Source: Epithemia pelagica
Taxonomy: Eukaryota > Protista > Bacillariophyta
Direction: 5' to 3'
NCBI GenBank assembly: GCA_946965045.2
Contig: OX337229.1
Coordinates: forward strand, 3,286,001 to 3,350,000
Length of the DNA stretch: 64,000 nucleotides
Shown: positions 32,194 through 42,259 of the stretch, piece after piece
Layout of the letters: the number at the start of each line of letters is the position of its first letter
Position numbering within the stretch: the stretch's first letter is position 1
Notes under the pieces: generated by a model
The model's input: only the letters and a program-made list of their open reading frames with translations
The model's database searches: none
Told to the model about the DNA's origin: nothing
Made by a program: the position numbers and the translations under genes

Positions 32194-35169
32194 ATGTCGT
32201 CGTCTGGCTTTTCGTCGCGTTTTTCGTCTGCTCCTCGCGAGCGCGTGTCTCTGGGTCCTCGCCCTCCCGCTGCGTCTTCGCGTCCTCCCTCGGAGGATGG
32301 GTTGACTCCTTCGTCGGGCCTCGGTGTGGGAGTTGGAACGTCTCCGTTGCGGGTCCCTGTGTCGACTTTGTCGGGCCTCGCCCCGGTTTTGTCGGACATT
32401 GGGGGGGGGGGGGATATTCAAGAAGGAGTTGGTACGGTGTTTGGTGTAGATCGTGGCGGATTGGACTCTGGAGCGGCGCCCGTGGCTTCTCCCGGGGGAG
32501 GTGCACTTGCACCTCCTTCTCCTCCGCTCTTCTTTTCCCGTGATCGTGCGGGGAGTGTCGCTGCGGGCATGAGTTCCACGAGTTCTCGTGCTTCGGACGT
32601 CGGGTGGTACGCTGGCTTGACTGAACGTGAAGACGCGAACACTCAGGGTGGTGGGCCGCCTCTCTCTTCGCAAGAACGACTGGCCACGGCTTGGGCCAAA
32701 GCTGATCGGGAAAGCGAGGCTTGGTACTTGAAGACTCGGGGTGTTTCCGGGAAGAATCTCTCGGAATCTGGAACGCCGATGGATGAAGAAAACAAGCCAG
32801 CTGGACGCAAACCTGGAGCAGTCGCGTCCATTGCAGAGACTTTTGGTTCGGATCGTTTTCCTGGGGGGTTCCCTTCAAAGCCGGAGAACACTCAACTTCA
32901 TGGTGAGCACCCTATTTCTAACAATCTTGTGTCTGTGCGTTGCGTTGATGTGAATGAGCATGAGTTGTGCGGCAGCACGGTCGGATCGTCGGGAAAATTT
33001 TGTACTCTCCTTAAGATCTATTGCAAGACGAAGTCACACCACAAGAAAGGGCCTTCTTTCCTAGACTCTCTCAAAAATAAAGGACTGTCCAAGGTCCTGT
33101 TCATTAACGCCCCCATGAGCAAGGCCCAGCAAGGAAAAGAAGATGCTCCTTTGCAAGCGTTCCAAGATCCTTATTTGGATGCTGCTTCCCTTGACTCATC
33201 CAAGGTCGAAGAGTTGTTGTCGGCTAAGATTCAACCTGTGTTGGTCTGGACATCTTTGTTCTCTTTGATTAAAAGTGAGACTCAGACCGATTTTGAGCCC
33301 TCGAAGAAAAACATTGGAGCGGCCCTGGAAGCCATTGGCGAAGTGGATGTGAGGATCGAAGCGGATTCATGGTCCATCGCCAAAGATGATGACTTGGAGT
33401 TAGCGACCATGGCTGCTCTCAAGAACAAGGCAGTTCACGTCGCTCATACTCTGGCAAAAGGGCTGCGGTTGGAAGACGTGGAATTACCCTCGCCGATGGA
33501 ACCTCTCGATTTGCGGCCGGTTTCCGCTGAAACTACAAACGTGAGAGAGATCTTGGTTCATAATACGACGCTCTTAGGGCAAGTCGCTCAAGCCTCGTCG
33601 AATCAACTCGTCACACTTCGCGCTCGACAGCTCGAGCAAAACAAGCTGCTGAACACGCTGGTGAACAAAGTAAACCTAATGAGTGGCCTATTGGGAGCGC
33701 CCCCTGCTGGGGCAGGTACGGTTTCAGTGTGGCAAGCTTTGTCGGAACTGCAAGACTCGAGTCTACAGCCAGACAACCACTCTGAAGAGTCAAAGGATTG
33801 GCGCATTGAAATGATGGACTTGCACCAGAAGGTCCAGGCTCTAAGCACCGAATTGGAGGATGCCAAATGAAAATCTGACAACTTTGAGAAGGACCGCAAG
33901 ATGCTCAAGCTTCTACCCGAGGAAGTCAAGAAATTGATCTGGCACGAGTTGAAAAAGGTGGAGAACACTATCATTGATGCCAATGATTACTTCCAGGGAG
34001 GTGGACGTGTCGAGTTAGAGAATCATATTCGGTACTTGACCGACACTTTGCACTCGGTATTACAACAAGGACGACCAAGTACATCTCACTTGGCAGGTTC
34101 GGGAGTTGACGCTCAGGAAATAGTCGAAATGAAACGTCTGCTGAGCAAGATGGAAGAACAAGAGAAGACTCAGCAGATACGCATCACGGATCTAGAAGCA
34201 AGATCGGAGATGCAAGCTGTGGAGATTGAGGGAGTTCAGTTTAGCTCCCCCGCTCAGGTAAAGGCGTTTGTCATCTCCAACAACGTTTCAGGAGAAGTTT
34301 TAAAGTTTGTTGACGCAATGTCATTCATTGAGATGGCCACGACGGTATCTCAAAGTTATACAGATAACATTGAGGTGCAATACAAAGGAAGCAGGTCGTC
34401 GATGGAAAGACCGAGTGATCAAAAAGCATTGTACTCGTTCCAACTCATGGCTCCTACAGTCATGGCAGGAACACCAGACCAGGCTCGCACAAACCTACGC
34501 AAATTGTGCAAACTCGATACATATCAACGGTTCAAGGGATCCGGTGCCCGTGACTCGGGAGCAGCCAGTGAAATTCGGAAATTGCTGAATGACAAACATT
34601 CGGCCGTCCTGAAAGAGATTCGGACTTCCGAAATGTCCCAAGGAGCTAAGTCAGTAGCTCACGCTTTGTTGACAGACGCCAAACACTTCCTTGATACTCT
34701 CCTGATCTATATGAAAGATCAGGTGGAGGAGTATGGCTCTGACACAAACTTGAGCGAGGTCCGTCGGTGGGATTTGGTTCAGAACATTGTCCGGATTGTT
34801 TTCGAAGTGATAAGCCAGCCACGTAGGGTGTGCAGCGAAATCACGATAAAACAAGCGACGAGCCCTGAACGTGCACATGATCTTCTGTGGGCTGTGTTAC
34901 AAGCAAACAGGTTGCAGCGCAAATTCTTAGATCATGAATTCAAGAACCATCCGAAAGTCGGACCAATGCTAACTCACTTCTTGTTAGATGTGGTGAGCTT
35001 CCACGACGATGTCGATCCGCTGATAAAGGACGTACAAAAGGCGGTGACTGAGGCGGGTCAAGCAAAACGCAAGTTAGATGCTCTGGAAAGTCAAATAAAA
35101 AATATGCAGTCGAGACTCCCATCCAAGAAGGGAAAAGCAAAACCTGAGGGGGCCGAATCATCATCGTGA
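32194..35169 (+). pseudogene. gag-like ORF of the YR retrotransposon, interrupted by one in-frame TGA at 33868-33870
   Basis: The ORFs 32194..33870 and 33901..35169 are in the same frame and separated only by the TGA plus 10 sense codons. Contains a Cys/His cluster LCGSTVGSSGKFCTLLKIYCKTKSH and coiled-coil segments. Confidence 0.75.
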
Positions 35170-35223
35170 GACGGAAATGAAGAAAAGACCCCTTGCAAAA
35201 TCGATGAACAAGAAACTTCAGCC

Positions 35224-38200
35224 ATGCGAAAGAGGGAGAGAAGCGTTGAGCCCAAAAGGTTCGGCCGAGAAAAACGAGAGAAGTTGGAAACATGTTCAGC
35301 ATGGATCAGTCGCAAGGTACCTATCGAAGAAGCATCATTCTCCATGGGTATCGTTTTTACGGGTCTTTCGAGTTGGCTCTTCTTGCCCGAGAACTTGATG
35401 GGATGCAGAATTAGTTGGTTGGTCACGTGGAAACGCTTGAGAAACTACTGCACCCACTTGGTCGCGTCGGGATCAAAGGTGACCTGGATTGATCCGGAGT
35501 CACCTTGCAGCATGGAAGACTACACTCCGTATTATGAGGACTCAGTTGACGTAGTCGTTTTTGAAGGCACGTGTCGTCCGTCCAAAGCACCTCATCCTCT
35601 GTGGTTTGGAAGGACTCAACTGGTTCTGTCGGATCGGGGTCTGCGGGGAAGGCCACCGGAAGGATGGTGGACGCTTTCCCAGGGTCTCACTCATGCTGAA
35701 ACAGGAGGTGTGACGGATTGGCGGGGCCGCTCTCACTGGTTCGCAAAATCGAGCCACCACGGAAGTAAACCCAATGATGCTTCCGCTGTATTCGATGCAA
35801 GATTCATTATTGGGGCTCCAAACCATCTGATAAATCTCGTGGATCGCACTGTCACTGGGAAACGGGTGAGATCGAGTTTGGAAGACGATTTGTTGGATCC
35901 AGACAAGGATCTGCTACCATGGAAAGATGTAGCTATGTTTCAAAAGAAGCGACTCGTCTTACCAACAGTGTATGGACAAAATGTCCGCGTGATGAGACAA
36001 CTTACTCTCAAAGAGTTGTCTTCGTGTATTGATTTGCCTGTGTCGGTAGTGCAAAGTTGGAATGACGCCACACTCAAAGCCGTCGTCATAGCATGCACCA
36101 AACCAATCAAGGTCGTGTCATGCTTGGGGATGTGTTTGCGAGCTTGGCTGATGCAAACGCTATCGGACACCGGGAACGACGTCAAATTATCGGCGGATAC
36201 ACCAAAAGGAAATCATATTCTCAAGGACAGCGAAGAAGTGTCCCAAAGTCTTAATGGACTCCTTTCATCGGAACGTGAAGAGTCGAAAATTGAGGAAGAG
36301 GAGCGCATGTCGGGCTACATCAAGCTGGCTTTGACAACCACTGCCTCCGAAAAAGCAGTCAAACATGACAAGGCGGCCGTACCCACTGATTTGTGGGATG
36401 ATCGAATCCGTTTCCTGTTAGACCAAGATAGTTTGTCAGATCGTCATTGTCGAGCGTTCAATCTAGTACGAGAAGCGATGCTATCAAGATGGAGACGCAA
36501 TGTGGTTTGGTCATGGCTGACTTGGTGGCGGCAGAACAATCGGCAACTGAAGGCCGAAGAACCAAACTGGTGGAAGCTCATTGAGCAACGAGGCAAAGAA
36601 GCGTGTCGACATGCTTGTGAGGCCACTTTTTGGGCGTGGCCCGCAGGGTCGAGTGTATTCTTTTGGCGGTGGCCAAGCGAGTACATGCGAGATCTGGCGA
36701 TTGGCGTCCCACTTTGTTGGACTGGCATGCCAAAACAACAAATCGTTCGCCAAGGTGGCCTTGGCGATGACAACACTATAAAGCGAATCGCGGAAAAGAT
36801 AGACGATGTGCGCGCAAAACGGTATGTCGGAGAGGACGGCAACTGGAAAGCCACAATGAATTATTTTGCGGTTCCAAAGGGTGAAGACGACGTGCAGATG
36901 GTATACGATGGAACCAAGAGTGGTCTTAATGACTGCTTGTACGCTCCGTGGTTCCCGCTACCTGATGCAGAAGTTTTGGTTCGCACTCTCGACACCGGCT
37001 ACTGGTGCGTAGACAACGACTACGGGGAGATGTTTTTAAACTTCTGGATCCATCCGGAGTTACAAGAATTTAGCGCCATGGATTTTACGCCTATCTATGG
37101 CAGGAAAGAGAACGGCGAGTTATGGATCGAAGGATGGACGAGGTGTGCTATGGGTCAGAGTCCTTCACCCTTCACGACTGTCCAGCAAACTCGTCGCTTG
37201 AAACGGCTCATGTTAGGCGATCGGAAAAAGCGAGTGAACGTGTTTAGATGGTACCGAGTGGTAATCAACTTACCTGGTACTGTCGATTACCGCCCGGGTG
37301 AACCCTGGATCGCGAAGAGAAGGCAAAACGGAGCTTTAGCAGCGGATGCCCATGATTACGTAGACGATCTATGGGGAACGGGACCGACGTCAAATGATGC
37401 CTGGCGCATAAGTTCGGTTATTGCGAAAACCGCTTCTTTCTATGGCGTCCAAGACGCGGCGCGGAAAAGAAGGGAGCAAACTCAACGGCCCGGAGCCTGG
37501 GCTGGAGTAGTGTGCGGGACGGCCCCCGACCAGCCTTTCATTTCGGTCACACAAGAAAAGTGGGAAAAAACCCAGAGCAAAATAAGAAGACGACTGCGAA
37601 GTGAAATCAACGAAGTCGGGAACGCGTCTCCAAAAGGTACAGTGCGACGAAAAGTACTGGAGGAGGTTGCCGGCTTCATCAACCACGTGGGTCGAGCGTA
37701 TCCAACGTTGCTCTTGTATTTGAATGGAGTGTATGCAACGATCAACATCTGGCGGCCGGATCGCGATGACGACGGATGGAAGGTGAATAACCATACGTCG
37801 GATTTGCGATATAGTGGCAGTTACAAAGACGCCCCAGCACGCGTTCGGTTGGTCGATCGAATGATCTTTGATGTTGAAGCGATGGAATCGCTCACTTCAG
37901 CAACACATCCTCCCGAACGATTTCTTAGACCTGACAAAGCTGTCGCCAAAGCTCGTTACTACTTTGGCGATGCCTCTGGAGCAGGATTCGGAATGTCGGG
38001 ATGGACTCCAGGCGACAAAGAAATCGAAGTAGATTTTGGGGCCTGGGAGGCGTCGGCGATGTTGGGATCCTCTTCCAATTTCAGAGAATTAGCGAACATT
38101 GTCATGAAGATCGAGGAACTTGAACGCCAAGGGCGAGTCAATGCTGAAACAGAGTATTTTATCTTCATAGATAATATTCATGCCGAAGCTGCGTTTTATC

Positions 38201-38979
38201 GAGGATCGGCGAGGTCCCCTGAGGTGTTGCATTTGATGTTTCGCCTTCATAAAATCCTTATGAAGGGCAACGCCTTCATACACGTAATCTGGGTGGCGGG
38301 CAAGCGGATGATAGCACAGGGCAGTGACGGACTGTCCCGATCCGACCTCACCAGTGACGTGCTGAGGGGACAGAGCATGTTGGATTATGTGCCGTTACAT
38401 CTATCGGTGGGTGAAAGACAGCCTCAAGGAACATCGACACTGCTCAGGCGCATCATGGGTGACCGTTTCAATCAAGCACTGAGAATGGAACCGCAAGACT
38501 GGTTCACTGCTCCTCAGGATACTGATGGAATCTTCATCTGGGAGCCCCCTCCCTGTCTAGCCGATGTCGCCATATACATGATGAGCGAAGCGTGGCATAT
38601 CCGTCCATGGAATGTGCACGTCATGTTGATTCCCTCGTTGATGAGTGGAAAGTGGAGAAAGATGCTTTTCAAAATATCTGATGTCATCTGTGTTCTTCCG
38701 TTCGGCGAGCAATGGTGGCCTCGTGAGTCGGAGTTTGAGCCTCTCACTCTCGCTTTTATTTTCCCTCTTCTACACAGAGCGCCTTGGCGAGTTAAATTCG
38801 AGCCATTTTTTCGAGACCAAAGTCATTACGTGCGCACGTTGCACAGGCAATCTATCCCATTCGCGGGGTATCATCTGTGCCAACTATGGGCACGCGCGTG
38901 GACACTGGGAACCGTGCCGTTCGGCGTACCACCCTCACTGTTACGAGGTGACAGCGAAGCCCGATCCGTTTCCTCGTGA
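35224..38979 (+). CDS. pol ORF: reverse transcriptase, RNase H and C-terminal methyltransferase-like region
   Basis: MVYDGTKSGLN, DNDYGEMFLNF, WTRCAMGQSPSP and YVDD (37357-37368) form the RT. YFGDASGAGFG, SSNFREL, FIDN and QGSDGLSR form the RNase H. IWEPPP..VMLIP follows in the tail. Confidence 0.88.
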   Translation: MRKRERSVEPKRFGREKREKLETCSAWISRKVPIEEASFSMGIVFTGLSSWLFLPENLMGCRISWLVTWKRLRNYCTHLVASGSKVTWIDPESPCSMEDYTPYYEDSVDVVVFEGTCRPSKAPHPLWFGRTQLVLSDRGLRGRPPEGWWTLSQGLTHAETGGVTDWRGRSHWFAKSSHHGSKPNDASAVFDARFIIGAPNHLINLVDRTVTGKRVRSSLEDDLLDPDKDLLPWKDVAMFQKKRLVLPTVYGQNVRVMRQLTLKELSSCIDLPVSVVQSWNDATLKAVVIACTKPIKVVSCLGMCLRAWLMQTLSDTGNDVKLSADTPKGNHILKDSEEVSQSLNGLLSSEREESKIEEEERMSGYIKLALTTTASEKAVKHDKAAVPTDLWDDRIRFLLDQDSLSDRHCRAFNLVREAMLSRWRRNVVWSWLTWWRQNNRQLKAEEPNWWKLIEQRGKEACRHACEATFWAWPAGSSVFFWRWPSEYMRDLAIGVPLCWTGMPKQQIVRQGGLGDDNTIKRIAEKIDDVRAKRYVGEDGNWKATMNYFAVPKGEDDVQMVYDGTKSGLNDCLYAPWFPLPDAEVLVRTLDTGYWCVDNDYGEMFLNFWIHPELQEFSAMDFTPIYGRKENGELWIEGWTRCAMGQSPSPFTTVQQTRRLKRLMLGDRKKRVNVFRWYRVVINLPGTVDYRPGEPWIAKRRQNGALAADAHDYVDDLWGTGPTSNDAWRISSVIAKTASFYGVQDAARKRREQTQRPGAWAGVVCGTAPDQPFISVTQEKWEKTQSKIRRRLRSEINEVGNASPKGTVRRKVLEEVAGFINHVGRAYPTLLLYLNGVYATINIWRPDRDDDGWKVNNHTSDLRYSGSYKDAPARVRLVDRMIFDVEAMESLTSATHPPERFLRPDKAVAKARYYFGDASGAGFGMSGWTPGDKEIEVDFGAWEASAMLGSSSNFRELANIVMKIEELERQGRVNAETEYFIFIDNIHAEAAFYRGSARSPEVLHLMFRLHKILMKGNAFIHVIWVAGKRMIAQGSDGLSRSDLTSDVLRGQSMLDYVPLHLSVGERQPQGTSTLLRRIMGDRFNQALRMEPQDWFTAPQDTDGIFIWEPPPCLADVAIYMMSEAWHIRPWNVHVMLIPSLMSGKWRKMLFKISDVICVLPFGEQWWPRESEFEPLTLAFIFPLLHRAPWRVKFEPFFRDQSHYVRTLHRQSIPFAGYHLCQLWARAWTLGTVPFGVPPSLLRGDSEARSVSS

Positions 38980-40692
38980 CTTACAGCCGAGGAAGATGGA
39001 ACTTAACGAAAACGGAGAGTGGGTGGAGGAAACAGAAGGCTGCGAAGCAACGGAAAAGGAGCGTAAGGATATGGACGATTGGTACACTTGCGCAAGAGCA
39101 GGTGACCATCTTCTTACCACGTTCCAATGTACACTGTGTCATTTTCGGAACATTTACAAGAGAGATCCTGTATACGAGTCTCGATAAGACGAATGGGCGC
39201 AGCTTTGCATCACCCGGGCCAACTTGGATGCTTTCTGGGCGAGGCGATCCAGTACGGTAAAGGGAAACTTGTTAGAGGTGATTAGAGTGATGAAAATCCT
39301 GAAAGATCTACGCATCGAAAACCCTTGTCCTGACACTCCCAGGGGACCATTTCCTGTGGAGGATGTGCACGGCATGGTGCCTGCAATGGTGTCTCTTCAG
39401 CGCTCCATGGATCACGGAAGAAACTCGAAGACTATCCAGTGGGACACTATGCGAGGGATTCGCTCTGGAATTAGCAACTTTATTCACACCACTCCTAAAG
39501 GTACGGATGGAGCCATCATGTCAGACGGAAAGAGATCCACACATATAACCACCAGTTCAACCAATTCGATGTGGTTCAAGAAATTTATGATTGGCAGCCA
39601 TGAACGGATGGGTGATGTCAAACTGCAAGACGCCGCGGTATCCATTGAGTTGTTGTTGGCCCTACAAGGTTTCTACGAGAAGGCATGGGCTCGGGAGGAA
39701 GAGATGACAGCGGGATATTCATTGTCAAAGTTTGAGACGGTCGTGATGGGTGCGGCACTCATGTTGGGCTTCTCCTCGGCGCTACGAGGGGAGGAGTTGG
39801 GACATATCAGGTTGGGTGAATCCAAGCTGTACACGAACTTTGGCTTGAAGCACCCAAAGAAACCGCATGTGGAGTTGGCATTGCAAGGCAGATTCAAGAA
39901 CATGACTGGCTTTACCCCCTAACTTATCACCGGAACATTGATGCGGGTGAAGGTGCGAGTGCGGGGAGTAAGCCCCCGCACTCGCATCAACATTCCTACT
40001 AGAAACTTAACAGTTATCCGTAGTTTTGTCATGCGAGTGTGCTTCAACGGATAGAATGACAGACGATTACCGATACTCTTCAGCTTTGGCGCGGCAAATC
40101 GTTGCCCTCGCAGCCCTTGCATGCCCGCAGTGACTTGCACGCAATTTTTGCGAGCGCCCGCGCTAAATTTTTAGATTTGGAGTCCCCCCTCGCACTCGCA
40201 CCTACCCCCGCACCAAAAAGTAGCCTGATAAGTTACCGTGTTAGACGCCACAAAATTCCGTTGGCGGCAGAGACCAAGTCAGGCATCAAGAATGCTGTTT
40301 GGATGACAAGGCTACTCAATTTATACTCGTTGATTGGTGTGGAAGAGGGGCCGTTAATTCGACTGAGACCTCGAAGTGATCAAGCCGCAAGCATAAGAGA
40401 GCTGGACATCCTATGGCACAAGAGTTTGTATGTGATGCAGATTGCCCATTCATCTCTGGTCCCAGATCTGACGGAATCGGGAGCATCATTTAGTGTGAGA
40501 CGATCGCTCAGACGAGGGTCCACAACGCAAGCCAGAAACCAACGGATCCCAAAAGACGTTGTGGTTCTGAACAACCGATGGAGAAAACAGGATCACGCTG
40601 GTAACAGATTCGCGTAATCTGAAATGCTAGAGGTATACACCGACGTTGTTGCAGCGCTACGAACTTTGTTGCAATATTCGGAAGAATTGTAA
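38830..40692 (+). pseudogene. Tyrosine recombinase ORF, overlapping the pol 3' end, disrupted by two TAA stops and a 326-bp insertion
   Basis: Motifs RAGDHLLTTFQCTLCHFRNI, RANLDAFWAR, LRGEEL, GRFK, RSLRRGSTTQA, NRWRK and terminal EVY..D. TAA at 39185-39187 and 40615-40617; insertion at 39915-40240; the likely true stop is 40690-40692. Start position uncertain. Confidence 0.85.
39915..40240. mobile_element. Non-autonomous TIR element (MITE), CMC/Chapaev-like termini, TTA target-site duplication
   Basis: Left end CCCCCTAACTTATCA, right end TGATAAGTTACCGTG; TTA at 39912-39914 and 40241-40243. Removing the element plus one TTA restores the YR frame (MTGF-RRHKIPLA). Confidence 0.85.
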
Positions 40693-42259
40693 TTTTCTCA
40701 AAGGCGATTTGACAGAACGTCTTTGCTATGGAAATACGGCAGATGAGGCAAGGTGGGGGATAAGGATAAGATGACTTCACGTCGCTTGTTCGTCGTTTAC
40801 GAGTTGGCTGATGGATTTCGGAAACCGTGGACATGTGAAGGCTTTGGTAAAATTCTCGCAGTGGCATGTGAGGATTTTGGCAAATGGTATTTTGCAGCGG
40901 TTCGCCCTGCGTGCCAACCCGTGCTTTCGGGGGCTAGAACGGCACTCGGGCAAAGAATCTACGGTCAGCAAGAGCATGCTTGGTAACCGACAGCTACTGA
41001 GCGTGCGTCGATTTGAAAGAATGGTTACGCTTCCCAAGCGGCCGTTTTGCTCCTGTGGGTCGGAGTTCCCTATCAGTAAATTGTACGTAGTCAGTACTAT
41101 ACGTACAAATGCGCGCCCATTCTCTCTTCGTGTTTTTCCATACGAGTAGGTGCAAGGAAGTGAACTAAGGAGTGAGCCGGACGGAGGAGATGCCTTTTAC
41201 CTTCTACATGCACTTCAAGAGCTTCTTTTGTTCTGACCCAATACCCAGTAGTAAGGAAGTGATTCCTTGCAGTTTCTTCGTATTACGTATTGATCTTCAC
41301 CTTTTGTGCACGTGAGGACCGAGAATAAATCTAGTCACGAGCGATGGGGATGAACAAGATATCAATTTCTCAGCGGTAGTATACCTAAAATGAAACAGTT
41401 CTCAACAACATTCATTAACATGGACAGATAGAAATGTTTTCCTCATGCAACAGCTAAAATCCCCCGAATTAGTAGAATAGAACTGCGTACGTTGATCTGG
41501 CCACGTAGGCTCTTTCCTTTTCGACCTGAAAAGACATGTTTCGCGAGGAATGATTCTCGTGTATTCCTCAATTGGCGACAATTAGTTGGAGTATCTTCTT
41601 TCAAAAACGCTGCAGAGTCGTTTCTTAAAAGCGAAGATCGACTGAATGCAATCCGAACACGACAATTAACGACGACACTGGATCCAGTTGTGCAGCGTAT
41701 TTAGCTAGTATCGTAAGGTCAACGCTCTGAATGATGCTGAGAAAGCTTGTCTTGAAAAGTTTAGCTTCACATGATCTGATAGTATTCCTGGAGATATACT
41801 AGTAGATGTCTATTCAAGTACTAACTTTCTGAAATAGTTTAAACTAAGTATTTAGAGAGGATCCTTTAAGATCTGGAAAGGCTTTTCGAACATAACAATC
41901 CGTCACTGACGCAAGTTTCACGCTACGTCAGTGTCGCTCGAACTTTTTAGCATACAAGGAGTCAAAGTGGGGATTCGTTTACCAAGGGATGGTCGAAACA
42001 AAGGCCTTGGCGCGGAAATTTCGTGGCTTGGTCTCGGTGAATACGAATGGAAGATCGCTGAGCTGCGCATTTACTCTTCATAACATTGTGAATGTGGTGG
42101 ATGCATCGTTGAAAGGTGGTTATTGAATAGGAGCATCGTAAAGACAATCTGCTCTCGATAACCTTACTTTGGCTTGCATCATATCAACCTTTGTTAGCGG
42201 ACGTAACTTCTCAATCGATTAGATTTGGAGCCCTGAGTCATTTTTCGTATCCCCAAGAT

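Larger units (their letters stand above)
31900..41220 (+). mobile_element. Tyrosine-recombinase (DIRS-order) retrotransposon, degenerate
   Basis: gag-like ORF, then RT-RNaseH-MT-like ORF, then an overlapping tyrosine recombinase ORF, with no DDE integrase. Boundaries are estimated from short terminal matches. Confidence 0.85.

Noticed and set aside
32135-32878. 247-aa minus-strand ORF at the 5' end of the retroelement as an accessory gene
   Set aside because: It overlaps the GC-rich gag N-terminus, has no motif, and is explained by low stop-codon density.
33868-33870. Programmed readthrough or selenocysteine at the gag TGA
   Set aside because: The context (TGA AAA) is not a known readthrough signal, I saw no SECIS-like structure, and two further stops in the YR ORF point to decay.
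31440-42190. LTRs (TG...CA direct repeats) around the retroelement
   Set aside because: No long direct repeat was found, and the element encodes a tyrosine recombinase rather than a DDE integrase.
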